A stretch of DNA of 64,000 bases from Octopus vulgaris (GCA_951406725.2 OX597820.1:93992001-94056000), one strand, 5' to 3'; shown: positions 25,884 to 39,915, counted from the first letter of the stretch. Made by a program: numbers and translations. The notes: a model not told the origin generated them from the letters alone.

Positions 25884-25886
<3 letters not shown>
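25593..25886 (-). mobile_element. tRNA-derived SINE (head C, tail Y)
   Basis: Head as in 9490/28621; tail GCGATGGACTGGCGTCCCGTCCAGC...GAAACCGGG as in 53350. Confidence 0.85.
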
Positions 25887-25940
<54 letters not shown>

Positions 25941-25988
25941 TACATACATACATACATACATACATACATACATACATACATACATACA

Positions 25989-26052
<64 letters not shown>

Positions 26053-26100
26053 CAGAGAGAGAAAAATATATGCCTACATTACACACACACACACACATTT
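25887..26100. repeat. (CA)n(CATA)n(TA)n compound microsatellite
   Basis: Direct reading. Confidence 0.95.
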
Positions 26101-26421
26101 TAAACTGAAACTCCACAAATTGGGAGTACATCCATTTTGGCGAGTTATCAAATTGTAAATAGGATTTATTCTAGCAACTAACTTACGGGGTGGGTCATCA
26201 ATAACCAGATCGCAGCTGAAACTTTACGCTACTTTACATTACACAGGTCAGAGATTCTTTTGCAGGTTTGTTTAAACACATCGATTTAATTTATGAATAT
26301 TCATGATATCGTAACTGAACCAGTGTTTGCTTGTTATCCTCATAGTATCGAGAATGTAGATACTGGTAACAGACGGTTAATAATCCAACCAGTGGTGTCC
26401 TTGCTTGTTTATAAAATACGT

Positions 26422-26800
26422 TAAGAAGTTTGCTTCCCAACCACATGGTTCTGGGTTCAGTCCAACTGCGCGGAACCTTGGGCAAATGTCCTCTATTATA
26501 GGCTCAGGCTAACCAAAGCCCTGTGAGTGGATCTAGTAGGCGAAAACTGAAAGAAGCCCGTTGTGTATGTTTATTCGTGCGCGTGTGTGTGTATCTTTGT
26601 TTGTCCCCACCACCGCTTGACAACCGGTGTTGGTGTGTTCACGTCCCCGTAACTTAGCGGTTCGGCAAAAGATTTCAATCGAATGAGTACCAAGCTTCAA
26701 AAAGGTACTAGGGTCTATTCATTCGACGAGAAATTCTTCAAGGCGGTGCCCCAGAATGGCCGCAGTTAAATGATTGAAGCAAGTAAAAGATAAAGAATAA
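26422..26800 (+). mobile_element. CORE-type SINE (OR-like)
   Basis: GGGTTCAGTCC B box, CCTTGGGCAA core, collinear with 53861. Confidence 0.85.
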
Positions 26801-28049
26801 ACGAAAAAATGCTGAAAGGAATTTGTTCTTGATAGAAGCTTCTGTTGTTTTCCTCTTTTTCATTTTTTTTTTTTTTTACTTTTGAGTCCTACTTCAAGTC
26901 AATACATCGATTCATAATTAACAATCAAGCGAAGTTGAAAATAATAAGCTTAAAACTATGTCTGGTGATAAACACAGAACTGCAATGATACGAAATTGAA
27001 ACAGTAAAGAAGAAAACTAGAAGCAGGAAAAAAAGAAAAACAAATGTAAAAAAAAAAGAAGCAAAATACACAAGATCTAAAATCGAATCATCAGTCTTTT
27101 CATAGCTACAGAATGACCTAATTTTGCTTAAGTACAAATGAAAAGGAAGCAAAATCTAAAACTATCTCGAAGCAAACTAACTCAAATCGATCAGGGTTAT
27201 GTATCGTCTCGAATTTATGTTGGATTAAGAGGCTGAATTACTCAGTGGATCATAATAATACTATGTTCATTTATCATAAGATTTATCTAGTGTAATACAT
27301 TCTGGGTAGTCCTTCGTGTTCCCTTAGCGACAAGTCAATGAAAGAATTGTTTGATAATTCAGCCAGTATTCTCTAATATAACTACCTACTTTTCATAGAG
27401 TTTAGTGACATAAAGATCTTTTGGTCATAAATACGCCTTGGTCATAAATACGCTTTTTCGTAATTATGTGAGCGGATGCCTCCTTTTTAGAAATGTTTAT
27501 CCTTAATTTTCACAGCATTATAGAAAATTATATTTGAATTACTTCTGAAAATACACAGCCATTTTAAAAATTAGATCTTTTTTTCAAAAAGAGCAAAAAC
27601 ACCATCTGAATACTGACACGATTCAATTTGTCAATAAGCATAACAAATTATGTTTGATTTTCAATAAGGCTTAATGAAGCAAACATTTTCTGGGCAAATA
27701 TCCCAAGTTTTCAAAGGTTTCGGTGTAGGTGCTTGACATGTTAGTTCTGCTTAATAAGATAGCGTTGATGATGTCAGAGATTATGAAGCTGACGGAAACG
27801 ACGACGATGACGACGTTAGCCACAATGATGAAAATGAGCAAAGTACTAATATGCTAACACCGTTTCCAATGATTTTATCAATGTACGAGCAAAAGCCTCA
27901 CCCCGCGTCCAATGGACGGTGCTGAGTTGTCAAACATTTAAACCAAATTTTCTCAAAACAACTTGTCCGACCGTCTCATAGGCCTCCCGTTTGACAAACA
28001 CTGATTTAACCTAAATTTGAGACCCCAGTAAAAGAAGAAATAAAGATAA

Positions 28050-28242
28050 ACTTTTTTCTATTCCAAAGAATGCTTTATCGATCGCATTCTCACCTGGAAT
28101 CGATTTTTGTAATTTTTTCAAGACTTATACATGCCCTGATACCGTCGGTATCTACATATCAAATTTGAGTGCAATGGGATGGAGGATGCCCGAGATCCTA
28201 CAAGACACACACACACAGACAGAACGGATTTTATATAATAGA
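28050..28242 (-). mobile_element. Helitron 5' fragment
   Basis: Minus strand A|TCTATTATATAAAATCCGTTCTGTCTGTG; same architecture as the 6791 end. Confidence 0.55.
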
Positions 28243-28620
28243 TGTGTATTAGCAGTCTATTATAGATATACAATCTTTAAAAGGGATAAAGTAAACAATG
28301 TAATCTTTATTCTAACATTACCAGTTATTCCTATTTCAGATACACTGAACAAACTTCTGCCTACACGGACTATATCTTGACACTTGGACATCATGTAGTA
28401 GATGATTAGCCACAACTCAGTCCTGTTTAGACAGATCTGACATCAAAGGCTTTCCTGTCATAACCACCTCTCCCTTTTTCGTGGACAATGTTCCCCGAAC
28501 TACATTTTCTGATGAGACCTTTAATTTTGTTAAAGACGGCTGAGTATAATTTGAGGTAGATTTTATTATCATATCTGTAAGGATTCCCTCTTTGTTGCAT
28601 ACTTGCGTTTTGACCTTGTA

Positions 28621-29003
28621 GTAGGAGCACTCCGTCGGTTGCGACGATGAGGGTCCCAGCTGATACGATCAACGGAACAGCTTGCTCGTGATATTAACGT
28701 GCAAGTGGCTGAGCACTCCACAGACACGTGTACCCTTAACGTAGTTCTCGGGGAGAATCAGCGTGACACAGAGTGTAACAAGGCTGGCCCTTTGAAATAC
28801 AGGTACAAGAAAAACAAGAAGAAAGAGCGGGAGAAAGTTGTGGTGAAAGAGTACAGCAGGGTTCACCACCACCCCCTGCCGGAGCCTCGTGGAGCTTTAG
28901 GTGTTTTCGCTCAATAAACACTCAATGCCCGGTCTGGGAATCGAAACCGCGATCCTCCGACCGTGAGTCCGCTGCCCTAACCACTGGGCCATTGCGCCTC
29001 CAC
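28621..29003 (-). mobile_element. tRNA-derived SINE (head C, tail X), full length
   Basis: A box TGGCCCAGTGG, B box GTTTCGATTCC; TSD TTTGACYTTGTA at 28609-28620 and 29004-29015. Confidence 0.92.
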
Positions 29004-29246
29004 TTTGACTTTGTATGCTGAATACAGATATTACAAATGATCCTGATATGTGGGGTAATAGAAATCTGCAACAATTTCTTAAGATATATTTAAAGGAGCA
29101 ACAAGAGGCTTTCCTTCAACCACGCAACTAAGCAAATGGCCAGTCAAAATTAAATTTAAAAGAAAATAAAACATATATATACACATACACACACACATGC
29201 ATACAAACATACATATCCATACATGTATGTGTATGTATGTGTGTAT

Positions 29247-29401
29247 ACGTCCCCGTCACTTAGCGGTTCGGCAAAAAGAGACCGATAGAATAAGTACTGG
29301 GCTTACAAAGAATAAGTCCCGGGGTCGATTTGCTCGGCTAAAGGTGGTGCTCCAGCATGGCCGCAGTCAAATGACTGAAACAAGTAAAAGAGTTAAAAGA
29401 G

Positions 29402-29402
<1 letters not shown>
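29247..29402 (+). mobile_element. CORE-type SINE 3' fragment
   Basis: Near identical to 54117-54262. Confidence 0.85.
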
Positions 29403-29456
<54 letters not shown>

Positions 29457-30302
29457 TATACTTACATAGCTACCTACCTACCTACCTACCTACCTACCTA
29501 CCTACCTACCAACCTACATACATACATACATACATACATACAAACAAACAAAATGATAATCTGTATTATGGCCAACGGGTCATCTTGGTTTTATGTTTTC
29601 AGAAGCCTTTGTTTATTTCAATACTTTCAATCATTTTTATTCGACATATATTCATTTTATAATCCAATTCCTTTCCGGTGATGAAGAGCACTTTTAATGC
29701 TATAATTGTACATTATATACAGCAGCGGAAACTCCATACAGTAATCCAATCAAATACTCTTCGACGTCCAGCATTGTCCTATGCGCAAATGCTACTTATT
29801 TAATGATATTTATTTAATATTGATGCATTTTTGACAACTCACATTAAAAATAACCATGACGTATCTAAAATTATTGCAGCCTGTGAAACGCACAACGACA
29901 TTATATATTTCCTAATTAGTTACAAAAGAATATACTATTAGATGATATATGCCAAGTTGTTCAATGCCATTCTAATACTTTAATTCTTTGAGTGGCCTTG
30001 TGCCAATAGAAGGAATCATTATTTAAGATTTCTCTTTCTGCAAACAACACGAACATTTTTAAAAAAATGGAAGAAACCAGACAATAACGAAAATGTCAGT
30101 AAGAAAGATGTGTGTACATGTGTGTGTGCGTGTGTAGAACGGATGTTTGGGAAAGGGAGATAACAGAAAAGAGACAGAAAAGGAGGCCATATAAAAGAGA
30201 GAAACAAGAAAAGAAGCCATATTACAAAACAAAAGTGAGGGACATGTTATCTCTTATGTCTAGATTATGATAAACATTCTTGTACATGCAAGCATATATA
30301 TA

Positions 30303-30343
<41 letters not shown>

Positions 30344-30559
30344 CTATATGTACACATATATATATATATTAAATATATATATATATATATATATGTGTCT
30401 GCCAAGCTTAATTCTATTTATCAACGTCTATATGTGCATACATGTACTTAGTTTTATATACATTTATATACACATACAAGCATCAATATGAGTAAATATA
30501 TATTTACGCATACATGTATATGCATATGTATTATATACATGCATACACAAACGTGTACC

Positions 30560-30750
30560 TTCTTTTATTCTCTTACTGGCTTCAATCATTTTACTGCAGA
30601 AATGTTGGAGCACCGCCTTTACTCGAAGAGATCGACCGCAGGACTTATTCTTTGTAAGCTTAGTACTTATTCTATCGGTCACATTTGCTGAAGTGGGCAA
30701 GAACCCGGAACCATGTAGTTGGGAAGCAAGCTTCTTACCACACAGCCACT
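30560..30750 (-). mobile_element. CORE-type SINE with internal deletion
   Basis: Head GTGGCTGTGTGGTAAGAAGCTTGC joined directly to the 3' block. Confidence 0.75.
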
Positions 30751-30784
30751 CAAGACTGCCATATTAGTATGGCGATAACTATTA

Positions 30785-30785
<1 letters not shown>

Positions 30786-30816
<31 letters not shown>

Positions 30817-31135
30817 ACACATATACATATATACATATACATATATACACTTATACATATATACACATATACATATATACATATACATATATATATTGAC
30901 ATATATATGTATACACACACATATATATACACGTATATACACAGGTATATATATACACGTATACATATACGTATATATATACGTATATATATATGTTACA
31001 TATATATGTATATGTATATATGTATACGTACATATGTATATACGTATACGTATATATATATGTATACGCATGTATATATACGTATATATATACGTATACG
31101 TGTATATATATGTATACGTGTATATATATGTATAC

Positions 31136-31179
<44 letters not shown>

Positions 31180-31410
31180 GTATATATATACATATATATA
31201 TACGTAGATGTATGTATATATATATATATATACGTATATGTATACATATATATATATACGTATATGTATACATATATGTATATACACGTATGTATGTGTG
31301 TGTGTATATTTGTGTGTATTTTATATATATACACACACTTATGTGTGTTTATGTAAATATATAGATATATTTATGTATATGTGTACTCATACACATTTAT
31401 ACATATATAT
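30786..31410. repeat. Degenerate (TA)n/(TATACG)n array
   Basis: Direct reading. Confidence 0.95.
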
Positions 31411-32169
31411 ATGACTACTTGTATGTCTGTAAATATGTGAATGCATAATACAGCGATTGTGTTCATGTTCATAATACATTGCGTAGAGATTATGTATGAA
31501 TTCATAGATTCTAAGTGTATGTGTATTCCAGCGAGTGCGCATACACTCAGTGAGTTCGCGCTTGTAATACCCTGTACCTCTCTTTGTGCGTGTATGTTAT
31601 TCTTGTGAGAGTGAAACAGTGTAAAAGAAGCAGCTGCCAAACAAGTAGACAGTAGTAGATAGTAAAACATTAATATGTCAAGATAATACATACATACATA
31701 TATATATATATATAATAGAAGACAGACAGATAGATAGATATAGATAGATAGATAGATAGATAGATAGACAGAGGTGTGTGTGTTAAAATTATATATATAT
31801 ATAAGGTGGGAGACTATACCAAATATAGTTAGGGGAAATGGAGCAACCCTGCTTGCGTCTGTAAACTGAAGAACAAAAAGTTATGCGACGGTTTTCGTTC
31901 TTAGGGTCAGTTTGAATTTGAATCAATGAGGTTCTTTTATTGACGTATGTTGGAGGCTTTCCTATATCAGGTGCACTTTGTTATCTTTATATTTACATGC
32001 TTTTTATGCTGTGTTTTATTTTATCTCATTTCTCCCGCCTGCTCCCTTTTATTTTTTTATTTTTCTGACCCTATTTTATGGAAGCCCCATCCCTCAACAC
32101 AAAATGTAAATCTGTCTTTGTAATGTCCCCTTGTTTGACAACCTTATGACAAATATTCTTTCATTATTA

Positions 32170-32350
32170 TTTGTTTCAGTTATTTGACTGCGTCCACGCT
32201 GGAGCACCGCGTCGAAGGGTTTTAGTGAAGTAAATTGACCCCAGGACTCATTTTAACCAAGAACTTACTCTGTCGGTCTCTTTTGCGGAACTAATAAGTT
32301 ACTGGGATGTAAACACAACGCCATCGGTTGTCAAGCAATGATGGACTAAC
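32170..32350 (-). mobile_element. CORE-type SINE 3' fragment
   Basis: TTGTTTCAGT.ATTTGACTGCG.CCA.GCTGGAGCACCGC. Confidence 0.75.
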
Positions 32351-32371
32351 ACACACACACACATACAGAGA

Positions 32372-32430
<59 letters not shown>

Positions 32431-32670
32431 GAGAGAGACAGCGAGCGAGGCAATTTTGTGGATAAACAAATAAGATACATTAAATATACTAAATATATTA
32501 TCCTCATAATTGTCTCTGCATCCTCTCAACTTGATCCTTCTTACAGCCATTCTTTACTTTGCAGAATCGATCCCCTGTAAAGATATCGGAGTCTAAATTT
32601 GAATCTTTTGAGCAATACTAAGTGTCTTCTATACTGAAAATCTCTGGATCTCATCTGTGGACTATTTATA

Positions 32671-32900
32671 TCTTATACATAAATGGCAATTTCTGTCTGT
32701 CGATCTGTCTGTTGCCAACTTGCTGCGTATACCAGTGAAGTAATCTTGACGAAACTTTTCATGCATGTTAAACTAACATCCAGTTCAATTATAGGTTAAC
32801 TGGATTTGCAATATAAATCTGTAATGGGCGCCCTAGCGGGTGGGGATAATATCTGAGAAAATTAAAAGGGTGCAAAGAGTGTTTACTCTTGGATAACAAG
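32671..32900 (+). mobile_element. Helitron 5' fragment
   Basis: A|TCTTATACATAAA..CTGTCTGT..ATCTTGACGAAACTTT. Confidence 0.5.
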
Positions 32901-33130
32901 TCACCACTTGTGACCTGAGCTATCGAAGGTCTTTCGAATGATCTTTGCCGTTCTTAACATGCAGCCAGTTGCATATATTCTATGTGCTTCTGCAAGCCAA
33001 CCTTCTCTGTTCACTTATTGAACCTCTTCCTCGTTGTTCTAAGGCTCCAATTCCACGACCTCACTTTTTCTGTGGCCCTACAACCTGCTTATCTTTCTCT
33101 TATCTACCTCGCTGAAATTATTATTACTAA

Positions 33131-33600
33131 GGCGGCAAGCTGGCAGAATTGTTAGCTCGCCGAACGAAATACTTAGCCGTATTTCGCTGGTCGCTACGTT
33201 CTGAATTCATATTTAGCCGGGGTCGACCTTACCTTCCATCCTTTTGGGGTCGATAAAATGAGTACCCCTTGAACACTGGAGTCGATATAATAGACTCGTC
33301 CCCTCTCCCAAAATGGCTGCCCTTGTGGAAAAGTTTGAAACCATTATTATTATTATTAAGGTCGACTTTGCCTTATTATTGTTATTAAGGCAGCGAGTCG
33401 GCAGACTCATCAGCGCGCTGGGCGAAATGCTTAGCGGTATTTCGTCTGGCACTATGTTCTGAGTTCAATTTCCGCCGAAGTCGACTTTGCCTTTCATCCT
33501 TTCGGGGTCGACAAATTAAGTACCAGTCACTTACTGGGGTCGATGTAATTGACTATCTCCTTCCCCACAAATTCCAGGCTTTTTGCCTATAATAGAGATG

Positions 33601-33632
<32 letters not shown>

Positions 33633-33762
33633 AATTCTGCCGAGGTTGACTTTGGTTTTCATCCTTTCGCGGTCGATGGAATAAGTACCAGTGGTGTATT
33701 GAGGTCGGTGTAATCGACCCCCTCTCCCCTAAAATTACTGGCCTTGTGCCTATAATAAAAGA
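33131..33762 (+). mobile_element. Three tandem Meta-domain SINEs separated by (ATT)n tails
   Basis: Cores near 33220, 33480 and 33645. Confidence 0.85.
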
Positions 33763-35051
33763 ATTATTGTTGTTATTAATATTAGGATGCGCACATGCGT
33801 GTTTATTCCCGCATTGGCTGATTCATTAGAGTGTCGGACAAAATGCTTTGTGACAGTAGTTTCGGTTCTGAAATCAAATCGTCGAAATCAAAGAGATCAA
33901 CTTTACCTTTAATCCTTCTGAGATCGAAAAATAAAGTACCATTCAAATACGGGCTTCTATTGTTGATAGCAATCCTATCGAAATTTCTGTCCTTGTACTT
34001 ATGTTAGAAATTCTTATCTTACATCGACGTAAGGCCAACAATTTTTCTTTAGTGGTGTAAAAGAGAACGGTCGATTATAGCGACTTCAGTAACTAAAACT
34101 ACGGAAGGATGAAAGTTAATGTCGATCTGAACAGGGTTTGAACTCAGAGATGGCTAAATCATTCCACAACACCAACAAGGATTATTATAAATGTATTAGA
34201 TTTATATTTCGAAACGCAGAGTTATTATCCTCGTTTTGGTAGTTTATCATGATTTGATGAAAATGAGAAAACATTTACAGCCTTAGCTCCAAAAGACCTC
34301 GATACCAACTTGATTCTATATAAACATTTATTTATGATAATGTTGCAGGATGTGAGAGGAACAAACACACACACACACACACGCACACACGCATACACGC
34401 ACACACACACACACATCCTAATCCTAATCCTCAAAGGAACCCAATTATGACCTCTAATTCTCACATATTTCAATTCACGATAATGGGGTAATATGTTCCA
34501 GAATGTCATTCCGATAAATTTCGCTCAACTGGTGAAAATGTCAAAGTGATAAATCTTTCATTATTATTTTATAATAATAACTAGTGAAGTGCGGCAAGTT
34601 GGTAGAAAGAGAAGGACATAAAATAAAATAATCAAATAAGTGCGAGATAAATAAACCAACGTACTCACTCTCCTCTGTGCTCTGAGTTGAAATCCAGTCA
34701 GAGTCGTCTTCGCTTTGTATAACACAGAGGTCGATAAAGAAAATACGAGTTACCTGACTTGATCAACTGACAAGAAAATCAAAACTAAGACCAAACCATT
34801 ATAACTTACTTGACTGTAGAGTAAGCATCTAACTCAATAATATGATGAGCACAATAAACAATTAAGGCCACCTGATGGGTCTTTCACTGGGTTCGACGAT
34901 GACCATATAATTGTTCGTTCGTCTGAATTGCTCGTTAATTAACGTGTGACTGAGCGACTCCACAGACAAACGAGAGGTTTTTTTTTTCAAAATTTGACCT
35001 TTGTATTACAAATACCATCCTCCCGACGGGGTATCACACAGATATTGTATA

Positions 35052-35283
35052 TATTTCTTTACTGCCCTCAAGGGGCTAAACATAGAGGGGACAAACAAGG
35101 GCAAACAAAGGGATTAAGTCGATTACATCGACCCAGTGCAAAACTGGTACTTTATTTATCGACCCCGAGAGGATGAAAGGCAAAGTCGACCTCGGCGGAA
35201 TTTGAACTCAGAACGTAACGGCAGACGAAATACGGCTACGCATTTCGCCCGGCGTGCTAACGATTCTGCCAGCTCGCCGCCTT
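35052..35283 (-). mobile_element. Meta-domain SINE, tail A, full length
   Basis: Near-consensus copy; imperfect TSD ACACAKATATTGTATA. Confidence 0.9.
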
Positions 35284-35790
35284 GATTATACACATATATT
35301 GTATAATTAAGTCTAACTCACAAGGCTTGGATAGACCCGGGTTTATGCTAAAAGACACTTTTGTCCAAGATATCACGAGGTGAGGTCAAACGCGACACCT
35401 CATAATTGCTACACAAACTTAACGACTGCGTCCATAACGAAGACTATACCACTACTATAAAAAGGTAAATTTGAAACAATACTTGTATCAACCAAACAAC
35501 TGTAGAGGTGTTAATTCAGAATCGAAATTTAGTTAATGGGTCGGCGCACAAAAATTTGAATGAAGTAAAATAGGAAAGCGGTAATGCGGTGAGCGGAGTA
35601 CAACGCGATAATGTACCAGGGTAGATGTGTGTAACAACATTTAGCAGTTTCTAAGTACTCTGCTGAAATAGCTATGTGGTGGAATGTAGTTGGTCGTTTT
35701 GGGATATAACGGGAAGGATATGGAGAAATAATGAAGAATAAAAGATGATAAGAAGAGAGAACAATTGAAAGATAGAGATATTTAGCACAA

Positions 35791-35837
<47 letters not shown>

Positions 35838-35945
35838 TGGATGGATAGAAAGAAGAGAAATGAACAGGAATTGAAATGTTAAGAGAAGGGGAAGAAATAA
35901 GCGAGAGAGAGCTAGAGAAAGTAAGAGAAAACGGCAGAAGGAAGT

Positions 35946-36006
<61 letters not shown>

Positions 36007-36603
36007 GAGAGAGAGAGAGAATAAGAAGAGAAAGACGATGGGAGATGTATTGGAAGGACGGTGTCATGGTTATTTCGACAATTAAAGCCAAAACCTTTTA
36101 GAGAAAAGGTTAAAGTTTATAAAGAACTTTGCTTTTATTTGCAGCGAAAGCAAATATTTGCAATATAAACCGGAAGTAAGAGGAGACCATTAAAGAATAT
36201 GCAGACCCCTTTCTCTTCCTTTATTATCAACGGTGGTGTATGGAGGGGAAGAATTACACTGGAAGCATTCTGTACAAAGAGGAAGAATATGGTTAACGTA
36301 CAGTTGTGTACTTTCGTTATTCCGGCCAGATGCTGAACTACCAGCCGAAAATCTGTATCCTTGACATTTAGTTTTTATTACTGAACTCATATCCCAAACT
36401 CAGAATTATCGCTGACCAAATCTACCTCGCCGCAAATATGTATCAACCATCAGTATATCCACAGCTTACAAGTTAAACTGACGAATTTCATTAACTTGGA
36501 GCGACGTATTTCAAATACAACTTGAGCATGGTCACAAAACTACACATTTATTACATCGATAAATATAATATTGTTAATCGATAAAATGTAATTTTGTAAT
36601 ATT

Positions 36604-36664
36604 GAAAGTATTGGTAAAGCACTAGGTTCGATTTAATCGAACTTAGTGCTTTACCAATACTTTC
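36604..36664. repeat. 61-bp near-perfect palindrome
   Basis: 30-bp arms (36604-36633 and 36635-36664), 1-nt spacer, one mismatch that is G:U in plus-strand RNA. Confidence 0.95.
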
Positions 36665-37124
36665 TTTATCGACCATCGTAAGGATGAAAAGTGCAAGTTA
36701 ATATCGGCGGGAGGTTCACAAGATAGCGTAAAATGTATAAATCATTTCACTTTCTCTGAAACTGGGATGCGAAAGGAAGGTTTCCTCTGATAGGTGAATG
36801 CTTGTAACAATTAACACTCAGCTAAAACAGTCTAATGGCCAGATGCTGATGTTAAGCCAGGTGACAATTTAAGTCAATGACGTAAGAACAGCATTAGCCA
36901 TTCCTCGGAGTTTCCCCACCGTGTCCATTTACCGAAGCATACACAAGTTTCCGTCGACCCAAAGGCTTTTTGTCACTGTACTAGCAGTGGTATGTATGTT
37001 TTTAGTATATGTGCTTCCTTGAGTAGGAGGGTGATTTTTGGACACCCTACAAGGTGATGATAAAATCCAGCAAAACGGCTCAAAACCTATAGAAACTCAT
37101 GAGGAGGAGGAAAATATATTAATA

Positions 37125-37312
37125 AGTCGGACAAAATGCTTAGCGGCATTTCTTCTGGGTTTTTTTTAACGTTCTGGGTTCAAATTCCGCCGACATCAGT
37201 GCTTTTCATCCTTTCGAGTACAAGTTAAGCAATGTAATCTATTAACTTACCTGTGTGATCTATTAACTCACCTGGCTTTAAAATTACTGGTCTTGTGCCA
37301 AAATTAAAAGCC
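37125..37312 (+). mobile_element. Decayed Meta-domain SINE
   Basis: AAATGCTTAGCGGCATTTC...GGGTTCAAATTCCGCCGA. Confidence 0.7.
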
Positions 37313-37680
37313 ATTATTTTGTAGTTGTGAATTCAAATCCTATATGAAAATTACTTGGAGTTAGTATAAAACTTTAATACAGTTAACCTTCATTCGCGCG
37401 CGTATATGGCTTGGTAATGAACACGAGGCTTTCGCTAATTGTTTTAGGCGCCTGTGTAGTCGCGAGCAGACACAGATACTTTATCGGCCGCCTCTCCTTA
37501 GTGCGGCGTAATATCCAGCTTGAGGAAGAAGGGGGCTGTATCAGCACCTGGCTGTTCAAGGACAACAAATCACCCAGACATGGAAGTGTGCCCAAAACAA
37601 CTCGGAACCATCAGGTTGAGAAGCTAGCTTCTTACCACACAGCCATTTATGTGTGTGTGTGTAAGGGAGAGAGAGAGAGA

Positions 37681-37727
<47 letters not shown>

Positions 37728-37834
37728 GGGGATAGATAGATAAGCTTGTAAAGAAGCATTCGGTAACTATGAGCAGCAATTGATCGCTAGTAACTTGTAG
37801 TAGTCGACGGCTACGATCCCACTGCGTGACCAGA

Positions 37835-38546
37835 AGCGGCCAATGAGAAAGAGCACTACTCGTTCAATAACAAGGAGCTGTTGAAGTTTTGTCGCTGAGT
37901 ACAAGGCGTCTGTGTGATCAAGAGTGATTTTCCTCCCGTCTGCGAAACTTAAAGTAATGCGATTGTAGTCAGCTAGATAATGCAGATCATTTCTGGCTTC
38001 AATGCTACACTGTACTATAGGAAATATCTATTGATTGTAACCAAAATTGCATATTAATAGATACACTTAAACATGGACAGAACAGGCGGTATCAGTCAAA
38101 CAAGTTTCAATCCCGAGTTGGCATTTCATTAGTGAATGAGTTTCATCTTTAACTGCTCACGGAGAAACTGGTTATAAATGTACAAATATTGAGAGCTTCA
38201 GTAAAACCGAAATACCGATTTGCATATTCAACGCATTCTTCACACGTAACGCGAATAATATATTATGAGCTCGTTAACATATACATACATGCATTCAAGC
38301 ACACACATCTTCGACAAAACCTTAAGTTGCCTTCCTGCGTAACCATGTTCGTCACGTGACATACCACGGATCTACATCACGTGAGCACAAGTCACCACGC
38401 CTCCTTACCCCCTCTCTTTCCATACTGGCCTTCCTCTCAGTTGCTCTCACCACCACCAGCACCGCTGTACAAGTTACTTTACGCGAAAGAAGCGGTCATA
38501 AGCAATAGTGTACAGGGGAACACGTTACCCACTACGCGCATGCGCA
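37835..38546. promoter_or_regulatory. Candidate promoter motif cluster
   Basis: GCCAATGAG near 37838, GTCACGTGAC 38351-38360, TCACGTGA 38377-38384, GCGCATGCGC 38536-38545; locally CpG-rich. Confidence 0.4.
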
Positions 38547-38715
38547 CAAAACACATTCCCCTCCACACATACACTACACATATTGAAATTTACTTCAAGA
38601 CACTATGTTGCTATGCACAGCAATAAAAATATGTAGTGTGGCACATTTACCATTTCTATATTTCTTAAGCTATGAACCATACCTAACACACACATCTGCA
38701 GTTTACACATACACA

Positions 38716-38774
<59 letters not shown>

Positions 38775-38805
38775 GAATACATACACATATATAAATATAC
38801 ATGCA

Positions 38806-38854
<49 letters not shown>

Positions 38855-39049
38855 GCATATATGTATGGTTGTGTGTATATATGTGTGTGTGTGTACGTAT
38901 ATATATGCTAATATTAGATGTGTATATTGCATATATATAATGTTCACGTATATTTAAGCGCATATTATATTTATATGTACATTATATATATATATATATA
39001 TCTGTAAATATGCATACACAGAAACACACACACACACACAAGAGAGAGA

Positions 39050-39089
<40 letters not shown>

Positions 39090-39148
39090 TATGTACACAC
39101 AAATATATGCATACATCCATGCAGTTGTCATGCATAATGCATCCATGC

Positions 39149-39203
<55 letters not shown>

Positions 39204-39862
39204 CATATATATATATACATATATATATACATATATATACATATATATACACATATATACACATATATATACATATATACACAGAAGTTCATATAACCAT
39301 ATTTATTTATCTATCGGTAGAAGCAAAAAACGCACAGGTTCTTGTATTTATGCATTAATTTTATACACCAGTTGCAACTACAAACATAGACACCTGTATG
39401 CATGTGTGTAAATATGCGTGTATGTGTGTTCATGTCTGTATACATATATGTGTGTGTATTTGTGCGAGACTTTATATACTAAGCTTTGATGTGACTGCAT
39501 ACATAAGCACGCGTGCGCGTGCATAGCACTGTGCTACAGGACATGCACGTGCTATCCATTCACGTTTATTCGCATACAATATTTTGCACTCAATTCTTGC
39601 AGACTCACTTACAAGAATAGTAATATGCAAACACACCACACAAGTTGTTAGTAAATGAAATGAAATTTCAAAAAAAATATATAGAAATGTATACACGCAA
39701 AGACAATGGGTGGTGTAAGGACACACAAACACAGAATCACATATACGCACAGAGAAAATTATTCATGTATACGCACACACACACACACAAACACACACGC
39801 ATAAAACAGTTGTAATCATATAAATGTTCAGAAACTGCGCTCGCTAACACACACATGTGCGT

Positions 39863-39915
<53 letters not shown>

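Noticed and set aside
28930-29003. tRNA-like sequences (also 53530-53603, 53861-53930)
   Set aside because: SINE heads continuous with SINE bodies; not stand-alone tRNA genes
31863-31915. CTGAAGA within an imperfect hairpin
   Set aside because: No GAAA core; more likely a LINE 3' remnant
36190-36390. 66-aa non-repetitive ORF
   Set aside because: No recognisable domain or convincing splice signals; length expected by chance
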